56,371 nucleotides of DNA from Alphaproteobacteria bacterium. Its GTDB lineage: Bacteria; Pseudomonadota; Alphaproteobacteria; Micavibrionales; UBA1664. Position 1 is the stretch's first letter, and each line of letters begins with the position of its first letter. The notes under the pieces were generated by a model. It saw only the letters and a program-made list of their open reading frames with translations, searched no databases and had not been told where the DNA came from. The position numbers and the translations under genes were made by a program. The stretch spans positions 1 through 56,371 of the forward strand of contig JAMIFL010000128.1 of assembly GCA_035906295.1 (NCBI GenBank). The letters run 5' to 3'. Shown piece after piece: positions 8,698-17,762 of this stretch.

Positions 8698-8726
8698 AAA
8701 AATCCCCGCAATTGCGGGGATTTTTT
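8696..8726. terminator. Bidirectional terminator between yidC and the DUF3800-like gene
   Basis: AAAAAATCCCCGCAATTGCGGGGATTTTTT, a perfect palindrome with flanking A and T runs. Confidence 0.75.
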
Positions 8727-9471
8727 ATGACATCATTCGGCGCATTTGGATGCGCCATTTGTGAATAAAGGAGCTTATTTCTTGTTCATGAAGCGAGAAA
8801 AACAGAACGTTGGTTCTGTTCCTAAGGTCAATAAAGTGAGGATTTTCTGGGTTTTTCTTAGCATCAATCAGATATAGGCCATACCTGTAAGCCTCATACG
8901 CAACAGTATCAGCTGCTTGTAAACATGCTTGTGCTTCTACTGCAGAAAATTTCAGATTTATTCTTCCCATCATTTCTGGTGAAACAATTTTATTAGCTGT
9001 GATTATAGAGTTGGTAGCAATGTCCTGAGCCCCTTGATCAAAATGACACCATATTGGCTCGTCAATTTGGGCCAGTATTTTAAAAATATGATCAAAGACT
9101 CCCGCGAAAGCCATGTTTTTGGCTTCTCCAAGAAATCTTTTTTCAACTGGAGTAAGCACTCTATTCCAATCTTCTACAGCAACAATACATGCGAAACAGA
9201 CGACTCCAGATTCTACTATTGCCGTTCGGAATTTATAACGCAGTAAATCGCACTCTCCTTGATTGTAATCGATAAAATCGCCTTTTTTTGCAGCTAAATT
9301 GGCCAAATGAAACTGACGCAAAATTTTCTTATGCGGTAACGGATCTGCTAAGAGTTTTTTCCAGCTTTTCTCTAATTCTTCGAACTCCGCTTTTTCACCA
9401 ATGACACCACCCCACACCGCTATCTTGGAGTCGGAGTGCGTGCCACTATCGTCGAAGTAACATTCAATCAT
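8725..9471 (-). CDS. DUF3800-like protein (248 aa), AT-rich foreign-looking gene
   Basis: N-terminal [12 protein letters not shown] (DUF3800-type D-[DE]-S-G) and [13 protein letters not shown] (QxxD-type motif). Hand counts of two 60-nt lines give roughly 30-37% G+C, against about 70% in one adjacent acs line. Confidence 0.75.
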   Translation of the reverse strand: MIECYFDDSGTHSDSKIAVWGGVIGEKAEFEELEKSWKKLLADPLPHKKILRQFHLANLAAKKGDFIDYNQGECDLLRYKFRTAIVESGVVCFACIVAVEDWNRVLTPVEKRFLGEAKNMAFAGVFDHIFKILAQIDEPIWCHFDQGAQDIATNSIITANKIVSPEMMGRINLKFSAVEAQACLQAADTVAYEAYRYGLYLIDAKKNPENPHFIDLRNRTNVLFFSLHEQEISSFIHKWRIQMRRMMS

Positions 9472-11357
9472 TCTTGTAATTCTCTGGTTTCGATCAACTT
9501 ACCTACGATAGCAGGGTCGGCCAGGGTGGAGATGTCGCCGAGCGCGTCTACCTCGCCCGCGGCGACTTTGCGCAGGATGCGGCGCATGATTTTGCCGGAG
9601 CGCGTTTTGGGGAGGCCGGGGGTGATGTGGACGTGGTCGAGGCTGGCGATGGGGCCGATGATTTGCCGGACGAGTTTGTTGATGGCGGCGGATGTTTCAT
9701 CGCTGCCGGGTTCGCCCTGTTTCAAAATCACGTAGGCGTAGATGCCCTGCCCTTTCAAATCATGCGGGAAGCCGACGACGGCGCTTTCGGCGACGGCGGG
9801 GTGGCGGTTGATGGCGGATTCGATTTCGGCGGTACCGAAGCGGTGGCCGGAGACGTTGATGACGTCATCCACCCTACCCGTTATCCAGTAGTCGCCATCC
9901 GCATCGCGGCGGGCGCCGTCGCCGGTGACGTAGACGCCCTTGAAGGTGGAGAAATAGGTTTTTTCGAAACGGTCATGATCGCGGAAGACGGTGCGCATCT
10001 GGCCGGGCCATGAATCGGTTATCACGAGGTTGCCTTCGCAGGGGCCTTCGAGCGTTTTACCGTCGTTATCGAGGATGGCGGCGTTGATGCCGAAGAACGG
10101 CCGCGAGGCGGAGCCGGGTTTCTGGCTGGTGAGGCCGTTGGGAAGCGGCGTTATGATGTGGCCGCCGGTTTCGGTTTGCCAGTAGGTATCGATGACGGGG
10201 CAGCGGCCTTCGCCCACCACGTCGTGGTACCAGTTCCAGGCCTCGGCGTTGATGGGTTCGCCGACGGAGCCCAAGATGCGCAGGGATTTGCGGTGGCTGC
10301 GTTTTACAAACGCGTCGCCTTCTTTCAGCAGGGCGCGGATGGCGGTGGGGGCGGTGTAGAAGATGTTGACGCCGTGCTTGTCGACCACGTCCCAGAAGCG
10401 GCCCCAGTCAGGGTATTGGGGCACGCCTTCGAACATGAGGGTGGTGCCGCCGTTGGCCAGCGGCCCGTAGACGATGTAGCTGTGGCCGGTGACCCAGCCG
10501 ACATCGGCGGTGCACCAGTAGACGTCCCCTTCCCGGTAATCGAAGGATTGTTCGTGGGTGTAGGCGGTGAAAACGAGGTAGCCGCCGGTTGTGTGCAGCA
10601 CGCCCTTGGGTTTGCCGGTGGAGCCTGAGGTGTAGAGGATGAACAGCGGGTCTTCGGCGTTCATGTCGGCACAGGGGGCGGTGGGGGATGCGGCGGCCAG
10701 CGCGTCGTGCCACCACATATCGCGCGTATCGTCCCATGCGATTTTGCCGCCGGTGCGTTTGTAGACGAGAACATTGCGGACGCCGGGGCATTCTTTCAGC
10801 GCGGCATCGACGTTGTTTTTGAGGGGGACGGATTTGCCGCCGCGCAGGCCTTCATCGGCGGTGATGACGAAGGTGGATTCACAATCCTGAATACGGTCGC
10901 GCAGGGATTCGGCGGAAAAGCCGCCGAAGACGACGGCGTGGATGGCGCCGATGCGCGCGCAAGCCAGCATGGCGAAGGCCGCCTCGGGAATCATGGGCAT
11001 GTAGATGGTGACACAATCGCCGCGCTTGACGCCCTGCGCGGTCAGCACGTTGGCGAGGCGGGAGACCTGTTCGTGCAGTTCGCGGTAGGTGATGCGGCGG
11101 GATTCATCGGGGTTGTCGCCTTCCCAGATGATGGCGGTTTGGTCGGCCCGTTTTGCCAGATGCCGGTCGATGCAGTTGTGGGCGGCGTTGAGAGTGCCGT
11201 CTTCGTACCATTTGATGGAGACGTCGGGCTGAAACCGCGTGTTCTTTACCTTGGTGTACGGCGTGAACCAGTCGAGGCGTTTGCCTACATCGCCCCAGAA
11301 CTTTTCGGGCTCGGTAATGGATTGACGGTAGAGGTCTTCATACGCGCTTTTTTCCAT
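9468..11357 (-). CDS. acs: Acetyl-CoA synthetase (acetate--CoA ligase)
   Basis: 629 aa. [42 protein letters not shown]. Confidence 0.95.
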   Translation of the reverse strand: MEKSAYEDLYRQSITEPEKFWGDVGKRLDWFTPYTKVKNTRFQPDVSIKWYEDGTLNAAHNCIDRHLAKRADQTAIIWEGDNPDESRRITYRELHEQVSRLANVLTAQGVKRGDCVTIYMPMIPEAAFAMLACARIGAIHAVVFGGFSAESLRDRIQDCESTFVITADEGLRGGKSVPLKNNVDAALKECPGVRNVLVYKRTGGKIAWDDTRDMWWHDALAAASPTAPCADMNAEDPLFILYTSGSTGKPKGVLHTTGGYLVFTAYTHEQSFDYREGDVYWCTADVGWVTGHSYIVYGPLANGGTTLMFEGVPQYPDWGRFWDVVDKHGVNIFYTAPTAIRALLKEGDAFVKRSHRKSLRILGSVGEPINAEAWNWYHDVVGEGRCPVIDTYWQTETGGHIITPLPNGLTSQKPGSASRPFFGINAAILDNDGKTLEGPCEGNLVITDSWPGQMRTVFRDHDRFEKTYFSTFKGVYVTGDGARRDADGDYWITGRVDDVINVSGHRFGTAEIESAINRHPAVAESAVVGFPHDLKGQGIYAYVILKQGEPGSDETSAAINKLVRQIIGPIASLDHVHITPGLPKTRSGKIMRRILRKVAAGEVDALGDISTLADPAIVGKLIETRELQE

Positions 11358-11415
11358 CTCTTATTTTACCGCAGATTGCAGTGCAGCAGGAAGACTTGAA
11401 AATGGGCGTGCGGCG

Positions 11416-11829
11416 TTATTTTACGCCGCCGCGTTTGCAGACATGCGCCCATTCGGCGTCGGTGACGGGCTGGACGGACAGGCGGGAGAGTTTGACCAGT
11501 GCCATGTTTTTGAGTTTGGGGTCGGCTTTGACGTCGGCCAATGTGACGGGGGTTTTGAGGGGTTCGAGGGCCTTCACGTCGACCATCACGAATTTGCCGG
11601 TTTCGTCGGACGGGTCGGGGTAGGCGGTTTTGACGATTTCGCAGATGCCGACGATCGCCTTGCCTTCGTTGGAATGGTAGAAGAAGGCGCGGTCGCCTTT
11701 TTGCATGGCGCGCAGGTTAGCGGCGGCCTGATGGTTGCGCACGCCGTCCCAGTTTGTCGTGCCTTTTTTCACCTGCTGGTCCCATGACCAGACCGTGGGT
11801 TCGGATTTGATGAGCCAATAATTCATCAT
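11416..11829 (-). CDS. EVE (PUA-like, DUF55) domain protein
   Basis: MMNYWLIKSEPTVWSWDQQVKKGTTNWDGVRNHQAANLRAMQKGDRAFFYHS is a typical EVE-domain N-terminus. 137 aa. Confidence 0.8.
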   Translation of the reverse strand: MMNYWLIKSEPTVWSWDQQVKKGTTNWDGVRNHQAAANLRAMQKGDRAFFYHSNEGKAIVGICEIVKTAYPDPSDETGKFVMVDVKALEPLKTPVTLADVKADPKLKNMALVKLSRLSVQPVTDAEWAHVCKRGGVK

Positions 11830-11831
11830 TT

Positions 11832-11917
11832 GTGGGCCCTCAAACGCCGGCCCGCGTGTTCCACACGCTGCAGGCTTCGCGCGGGTAAGCCGCGCGGGGC
11901 CTCAATGGCCCAGTTAT
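11832..11917. repeat. Dispersed multi-hairpin element, copy E1
   Basis: Hairpins GGGCC/GGCCC (11834-11853), GCGTG-TTCCA-CACGC (11854-11868) and GGGCC-TCAAT-GGCCC (11897-11911). Alignable with 24230-24323 and 34580-34675. Confidence 0.75.
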
Positions 11918-11979
11918 GACAGAGCTTATTCATAGAGATGCGCCTTTTTTTCGTCGTTGTGTTCATCCATATTACAGCA

Positions 11980-13356
11980 ATGAGATTGCGCAAAATCGTT
12001 TTGTTACTGGCCCTGCTTATTTTGCCCGTTTCGGCGTTCGCGCAGGGCATGACGGTCATTCGTGATACCGAAATCGAAGAGGCGTTGCGCGACTGGACGA
12101 CGCCCATATGGAAGGCGGCGGGGCTGAACCCGGACGCGGTGAAGCTTATTCTCGTACAGTCGCCGGATTTCAACGCCTTCGTGGCGGGGGGTTCGAACAT
12201 CTTCGTTTATACCGGCATGATACAGACGGCGAAGAATCCCGGGGAGCTGCTGGGGGTGCTGGCGCACGAGACGGGGCATATCGCGGGCGGGCACCTGATT
12301 GCGGGGCGCGAGGCGATGGAACGCGCGTCGTATGAATCCATGCTGGCGATGCTTTTGGGCGTAGGCGCGGGTGTCGCCGGGTCAAGCGAGGCTGCGAACG
12401 CGGTCATCATCGGCGGGCAGGGCATGGCGATGGGGAGTTTTCTTTCGCATTCCCGGGTGCAGGAATCGGCGGCGGATCAGGCGGGGCTGCGTTTCCTGCA
12501 AACATCCGGCTACAGCCCCAAGGGCATGGTGACGCTGCTGGAGACGCTGAAAAGCCAGGAGCTGATGCCGCAATCGCAGCAGTCGGCCTATGTGCGCACC
12601 CACCCGCTGACGGCGGACCGCATCGCGGCGATGGAGGCGGGGGCCGCGCGGTCGCCTTACATGGACAAGCCTTACCCGGATGCGTGGACGCACGATTTCA
12701 GGATGATACAGGCGAAGCTGCTGGGCTTCGTGGAGCCGCAGCGCGTGGCGTGGGCGTATTCGGAGAAAGATACTTCGGAGCCGGCGCTGTATGCGCGGGC
12801 GATTGCGGCGTACCGGCGCAGCGAGAAGGACAAGGCGCTGGCGCTGGCCGACCAGTTGCTGGCGCGCAGCCCCAAGAACCCTTATTTCCATGAAATCAAA
12901 GGCCAGATGCTGCGCGATTTCGGGCAGTTGCCGGGGGCGGCGGAGGAATACCGCAAGGCCATCGCGGCGAAGCCGGATGCGGCGCTTATCCGGGTAGACC
13001 TCGCGCAGGTGCTGGTGGAAATGGCGGGGGCGGGCAACGCAGCGCTGTATGCGGAGGCCGAAAGCCAGCTTGACCGGGCGCGGGCGCAGGAACCGCGTTC
13101 CACCAGCATTCAGCGGCTTTACGCCACCATTTACGGGCGGCAGGGCGACGAGCCGCGCGCGCGTTACCATCTGGCCGAGCAGGCCGCGCTGGAAGGCCGG
13201 ACGCGCGAGGCGCAGAGCCTTCTGACATCAGCCATGCCGGGCCTGAAACCCGGGAGCCGGGATTACCGGCTGGCGCAGGACCTGAAACTTTATCTGGACA
13301 GCCGCCCTTCCAAGGAAAAGGACAAGGAAAAGGATGATGACAAGAGAGGCCGCTAG
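11980..13356 (+). CDS. Periplasmic M48-family zinc metalloprotease with TPR domain (BepA/YfgC-like)
   Basis: Start set at ATG 11980, giving signal peptide MRLRKIVLLLALLILPVSAFAQ. HExxH motif in LAHETGHIAGGH. TPR-like C-terminal half. Confidence 0.85.
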   Translation: MRLRKIVLLLALLILPVSAFAQGMTVIRDTEIEEALRDWTTPIWKAAGLNPDAVKLILVQSPDFNAFVAGGSNIFVYTGMIQTAKNPGELLGVLAHETGHIAGGHLIAGREAMERASYESMLAMLLGVGAGVAGSSEAANAVIIGGQGMAMGSFLSHSRVQESAADQAGLRFLQTSGYSPKGMVTLLETLKSQELMPQSQQSAYVRTHPLTADRIAAMEAGAARSPYMDKPYPDAWTHDFRMIQAKLLGFVEPQRVAWAYSEKDTSEPALYARAIAAYRRSEKDKALALADQLLARSPKNPYFHEIKGQMLRDFGQLPGAAEEYRKAIAAKPDAALIRVDLAQVLVEMAGAGNAALYAEAESQLDRARAQEPRSTSIQRLYATIYGRQGDEPRARYHLAEQAALEGRTREAQSLLTSAMPGLKPGSRDYRLAQDLKLYLDSRPSKEKDKEKDDDKRGR

Positions 13357-13392
13357 GTTACAATTAATGGAACCCCTTTTTTCGGAGATTGC

Positions 13393-14157
13393 ATGCGTCG
13401 TCTTTTCCTGAGCCTTAGCCTTACCGCCGCGTTCATCGCGCCCTTTGCCGGTGCAACGCAGGCCCGCGCGGAGGAATTCACCCGCGCGCAGATCGAGGAC
13501 ATCATCAAGGACTACATTTCCAAGAACCCGCAGGTCATCATCGACTCGGTCGAGAGCTTCGGGCGCGAACAGCAGCGGCAGGACGACGAAGCGGCCAGCA
13601 AGCGCATCATGGAAAACAAGGACTGGCTTTACAACAACAAGAACCACGCGCAGGCCGGCAACCCGAAAGCCACGACCACCATCGTGGAGTTCTTCGATTA
13701 CAATTGCGGGTACTGCAAGGCCGCGGTCAACGACCTGATGACCATGCTGGAAGACGACAAGGATTTGCGCATCGTGTTCGTGGAAATCCCGATTTTGGGC
13801 GATTCTTCCACCGTCGCGGCGCGCTGGGCATTGGCAGCCATGAAGCAGGATTCGAATAAATACCTGCCGTTCCATCTGGCGCTGATGCGCCACAAGGGGC
13901 CGCTGGACGAGTTCACGTACCTGCAATACGCCAAGACCGCGGGCCTCGACCTCGACAAGCTCAAGGTGGACCGTTCGGCCAACGATATCGCCATCACCAT
14001 CGACGACAACCTGCGCATGGCCCGCACGCTGGGGATTACCGGCACGCCGGCCTTCGTCATCGGCGACCAGCTTGTGCGCGGTTTCGTGGGCAAGGAAGGT
14101 TTGCAGGAAGCGGTTAAGTACGCGCGCGAGAAACACGCGAAGTCCATCGGGCGGTAA
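13393..14157 (+). CDS. DsbA-family periplasmic thiol:disulfide oxidoreductase
   Basis: Signal peptide MRRLFLSLSLTAAFIAPFAGATQARA. CxxC active site in FFDYNCGYCK. GTPAFVIG motif. Confidence 0.85.
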   Translation: MRRLFLSLSLTAAFIAPFAGATQARAEEFTRAQIEDIIKDYISKNPQVIIDSVESFGREQQRQDDEAASKRIMENKDWLYNNKNHAQAGNPKATTTIVEFFDYNCGYCKAAVNDLMTMLEDDKDLRIVFVEIPILGDSSTVAARWALAAMKQDSNKYLPFHLALMRHKGPLDEFTYLQYAKTAGLDLDKLKVDRSANDIAITIDDNLRMARTLGITGTPAFVIGDQLVRGFVGKEGLQEAVKYAREKHAKSIGR

Positions 14158-14212
14158 GCGCCCGCCTGCGCGTCATGAACCGGCGCTAAGCGCCCGCCAC
14201 ACGGCATAAACG

Positions 14213-14244
14213 AAAACCGGCCCCTTTCGAGGGGCCGGTTTTTT
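14213..14244. terminator. Bidirectional terminator
   Basis: AAAACCGGCCCC-TTTCGA-GGGGCCGGTTTTTT between the convergent dsbA-like and lipoprotein genes. Confidence 0.8.
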
Positions 14245-14285
14245 ATCGCGTGTTTCGTGCCCTGCGCGCGCGTGCGCCGGGGGTA

Positions 14286-17200
14286 TCAGTCACGCCCGTA
14301 GTCGACGACGATTTCCCTGACCACCGGCGCGGCGTTGGCCCAGGTGACGATGGGGTTCGGGATTTCGCCCCTTGTCGCCCACGAGCCGTAAAGGGCGGAG
14401 TGGTAGACGCGGGTCGGGTAGGACCATGTGCCTTCGGTGTAGCTCTTGCCCTTCCACTCACGCGTGATGGCCTCGGTGATGGTGGTGGTGGTCATGTAGG
14501 ACAGGGTCCGGCAGCCGCCTTTACCGCCGCAGGAGACGTAGAAGACCTGAAGCGGCCATGCGATGGCGGTTTCTTCGTTCCGGCCGCAATAGAGGTCTTT
14601 CCAGAAGCCGTTCTGGCGGACAATCAGCTTGGTATTGTCCTCGATCTGCGGGCGGTGGGCGAGCAGGACGCCGTTGCGGTTGAGGATGGTGGTCTGGACG
14701 ACCGTGCCTTCCTTGCCGCTGTCGACCTTCTTGAACTCAAGGGTGACATTGCCGTCCTTGGTTTCTTTTTTGAACATGGTCTTGCACAGCTCGTTCACGC
14801 CCGGGAGGTAATTGAACATGCCCGGGTTGTTGTAGTGCTGGGTGCAGATTTTCTCGAAGGATTTCTGTTCCGAGAAATTGAGCGAGTTGCCGGACGAGGT
14901 GCACAGGGCGTCGTTGAGTTTCTGCACCTCGGCGCGTTCCGCGTCGGTGAGGTCGCGGCCCATGCCGATTTCGGCTTTCTTCTTGGCTTTGTCCAGATCT
15001 TCCTCGGCCTTGTCGGTTTCGGCCTTGGCGGTTTCGTAGACGCCTTTCTTCTGGTCGTAGACCGCCTGCGCGTTGTCACGCGTGGTGCGGGCCGCGTTCA
15101 GCTCGTTCTGACGGGCGGTCAGTTCGTTGCCGCGGGCGACCATCTGGTTGTAATAGGAATTGGCCGTGCTTTGCATGCTGTTGGCATAAGAAGCCGCAGA
15201 CGCGTAGGCCGACCAGGCGGCGTTGATCTGCGCCGAGGTGGAGTTCGAGTCTGCCGCCACGGCGGCGTAGGAAGAGTAGGCCGCGCTCGCCGAATAGGCA
15301 GCGGAGTTCGCCAAGCTTTGGTAATAAGAGTAGTTGGACGAGGCCGAATTATAGGCAGACTGGGCCGCGCTGACCGCAGACTGGGCGTTGGTCACGGCCT
15401 GTTTGGCCGCGTCCAGCGTGGGTTTATAGGCGTCCATCAACTGTTTCTTCTGATCGGACACTTCTTTTTTATCGTTGTATTTTTTAGCCTTCTTGATCTT
15501 GTCGTTGCTGGCGTCCAACTGGAACTGGATGTCACCGCACACATCGGAGCGGATCTGCTGGGCGGCAGCGGAAATCAGGATGCTGTTCGCGGGAACCGCG
15601 GGCTGGTTGGTCCACGACTTGATGAAGGCGTCCTTGCCGGGGCCGCGGAATTCCCACCATTTATCGCAGCCCTTGATGTTGCAGCTTTTCCACAGCAGGC
15701 CCGCTTCGGAGGTGTAGAAGCGCTGTTCCCATTTGTCGTGGGGGTATTTGTCCCGGTCGACGGTCTGGTAGTAGACCTTGCCGGTGGTGGTGCCGTCCCA
15801 CGGGATGCCGGGGTTCAGGGCCACGGGCAGGCCGGCGTACTTGGTGGCGACCATGTATTTATCGCTCGCGCCCCATTTGCCGGCGGTGATGGTTTCGGGT
15901 TTCCAGTCACCCTGACGGGTGGAATCGTAGTTGAAGGGGCAGTTGACCCACAGCGTGCGCGTGTACCACGTGCAGATGTTTTCTGTGATTTTCCACGGCG
16001 TGGTGGGCGTGGGCAGCGGCTTGAAGGTGAACTTGTCATCCCACGTGATGGCTTCCATGCCGCGCCAGGTGGTGACGTGCGAGTTCTGGACCTGTTCGGT
16101 GCCGGTGAAATAATCGAAGTTCAGGTAATCCCAGTAGCCGCCGACGACGGAGACGCAGTCGGAGAACAGGCAGAGGTTGAAGACGTGGGCGAACCAGTCT
16201 TCATCGACGAACCAGCCGTCGACGAGGTTACGCGACCATTTTTCGGTGGATTTCTGAGGTTTTTCATCGGGCGCGTTCGGGACCTTGCCGCAGGCGACGC
16301 GGTGCGTTTCATCGCCGGAGCAGTTGATGGTTTCGCCGATCCAGACCTTGCGCTTGCCGACGCCGTCGGTGCCGGTGTCGTTGGTAACGGAGCTGTTGTC
16401 GACGACGCGGACCAGCGTGGCGTGGCCGTCATACCATGTGATGGTGGAGCGACCGAGCTTGTCATCCAGCAGGTTCTTGAAGCGGATGCGCATGGTGATG
16501 TCGGCGCCCGCGCATTCGAGGCGGCGGGTGTCGGTCTGGTTGTCCTCGTTCCTGTCCTTGGTGCCTTCCTGGCCGGTGGAACGGGCATTCAGGGAGCAGG
16601 TGTCGATGTTCTTCTTGCGGGCTTCCTCGGCGTTCTTGGATTTTTTAACGTCGACCTTGGTGCAGTCCATCTGGAGCTGTTCGTTCAGGATGCGGCGCAG
16701 GGAGGTAGCGGCGAAGTTGTTGAGGTTGGCCGTGCCGGCGCCTTCCTGCAGGTCGTAGCCGGAGGTGGCGATGACGATGTCGTCGACGCAGGCGCCGACG
16801 CTTTCGGAGCCGCTTTCACCGCCCCAGCCCGCGTTGGGGTTGGCGGGGTCCCACGTACCGTCGGGACGGTAGGTGACCTTACGCTGCTGCACCATGGTGC
16901 CGCGCTTGTTGTTGGTGCAGGGCACGGTGCGGTATTCGATGCGCGCCATTTCGGTGGTGGGCGCGGCGGGACGGTCGATGGTGAAGACGATGACGGGGGC
17001 GCCCACGGGAATGGCGCTGCCGCTGCAGGATGCCGGCAGGGCGGTGGGGGTGGCGGTGGCGCCGTCCTTGAGCATGGCGATGCCGCCGTTGCGGTAGGTG
17101 CCGATGAGGTCGCCGGACGTGCGGTCACGCAGGAAGCCCACGATGGTGGCGGAATCGGTGCCCATGCCGCGGACGTTGAAGCGGCCCGCGGTGTCGCGCC

Positions 17201-17534
17201 CGTCAATCCACGAAATCTGGCGGACCTGCGAGCCGGAACCGGTGGGGCAGATCATGGTGCGCATGGGCGCGCCCATGGTGTCGGTGTTGATGCCCATGGA
17301 GGCGAGGTTGAGGACGCCGCCGGTGGTGGCGGTAAACCATGTGGGGCTGGTGATGATGGCCTGCTGGACCTGAACGGCCACGTTGGCGAGGCTGTTGGCG
17401 TAATATTCACCCGTGACGCGGCCAGCGGCGTTGGGGTTGTTTTTCACCGGGTCGGTCGAGTCCGGCAAACAGGCGGACAGCGCCAGCGTGGCGCCCAGAA
17501 CCATCAGTGAAAGACATTTGCGAATATTGACCAT
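14286..17534 (-). CDS. Large lipoprotein (1082 aa), unknown function
   Basis: Lipobox in MVNIRKCLSLMVLGATLALSAC|LPD. Diverse composition rich in Cys, Trp, Tyr, Asn and Thr. Central coiled-coil and Ser/Ala/Tyr low-complexity segment. The opposite-strand 1086-aa ORF is G/A/V/D-rich shadow. Confidence 0.8.
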   Translation of the reverse strand: MVNIRKCLSLMVLGATLALSACLPDSTDPVKNNPNAAGRVTGEYYANSLANVAVQVQQAIITSPTWFTATTGGVLNLASMGINTDTMGAPMRTMICPTGSGSQVRQISWIDGRDTAGRFNVRGMGTDSATIVGFLRDRTSGDLIGTYRNGGIAMLKDGATATPTALPASCSGSAIPVGAPVIVFTIDRPAAPTTEMARIEYRTVPCTNNKRGTMVQQRKVTYRPDGTWDPANPNAGWGGESGSESVGACVDDIVIATSGYDLQEGAGTANLNNFAATSLRRILNEQLQMDCTKVDVKKSKNAEEARKKNIDTCSLNARSTGQEGTKDRNEDNQTDTRRLECAGADITMRIRFKNLLDDKLGRSTITWYDGHATLVRVVDNSSVTNDTGTDGVGKRKVWIGETINCSGDETHRVACGKVPNAPDEKPQKSTEKWSRNLVDGWFVDEDWFAHVFNLCLFSDCVSVVGGYWDYLNFDYFTGTEQVQNSHVTTWRGMEAITWDDKFTFKPLPTPTTPWKITENICTWYTRTLWVNCPFNYDSTRQGDWKPETITAGKWGASDKYMVATKYAGLPVALNPGIPWDGTTTGKVYYQTVDRDKYPHDKWEQRFYTSEAGLLWKSCNIKGCDKWWEFRGPGKDAFIKSWTNQPAVPANSILISAAAQQIRSDVCGDIQFQLDASNDKIKKAKKYNDKKEVSDQKKQLMDAYKPTLDAAKQAVTNAQSAVSAAQSAYNSASSNYSYYQSLANSAAYSASAAYSSYAAVAADSNSTSAQINAAWSAYASAASYANSMQSTANSYYNQMVARGNELTARQNELNAARTTRDNAQAVYDQKKGVYETAKAETDKAEEDLDKAKKKAEIGMGRDLTDAERAEVQKLNDALCTSSGNSLNFSEQKSFEKICTQHYNNPGMFNYLPGVNELCKTMFKKETKDGNVTLEFKKVDSGKEGTVVQTTILNRNGVLLAHRPQIEDNTKLIVRQNGFWKDLYCGRNEETAIAWPLQVFYVSCGGKGGCRTLSYMTTTTITEAITREWKGKSYTEGTWSYPTRVYHSALYGSWATRGEIPNPIVTWANAAPVVREIVVDYGRD

Positions 17535-17762
17535 GGCCGTACCCCCCCAAAGGGTAAAAAGAATGCTCCACCCTTATTTTCGGACAGAAATCCTTAAAAT
17601 TTGGTTCAAAAACGGGAATGATTATGTGGAATTATGCGGGATGGCAGGAAGAATTAGGGAAAACAGCAATTTAAGGGCGAACGCCCCGTAAAAGAGTGTA
17701 CCTGCTTCGTTAACAAATCCCTAACAACAGCAGGGGTGGGGGCAAGGGTGGCGGGGTACGCC

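Noticed and set aside
8725-9512. Calling the AT-rich DUF3800 region a mobile element
   Set aside because: No integrase, transposase, tRNA target, inverted repeats or direct repeats are visible at the borders. It is reported as a compositional island only.
14250-17510. 1086-aa plus-strand ORF covering the whole lipoprotein locus
   Set aside because: Its composition is dominated by G, A, V, D and R (…GGGGHVGQGPAAAF…), typical of an antisense shadow frame in high-GC DNA. It has no SD sequence or signal features. The minus-strand frame has a lipobox, varied composition and a downstream terminator.
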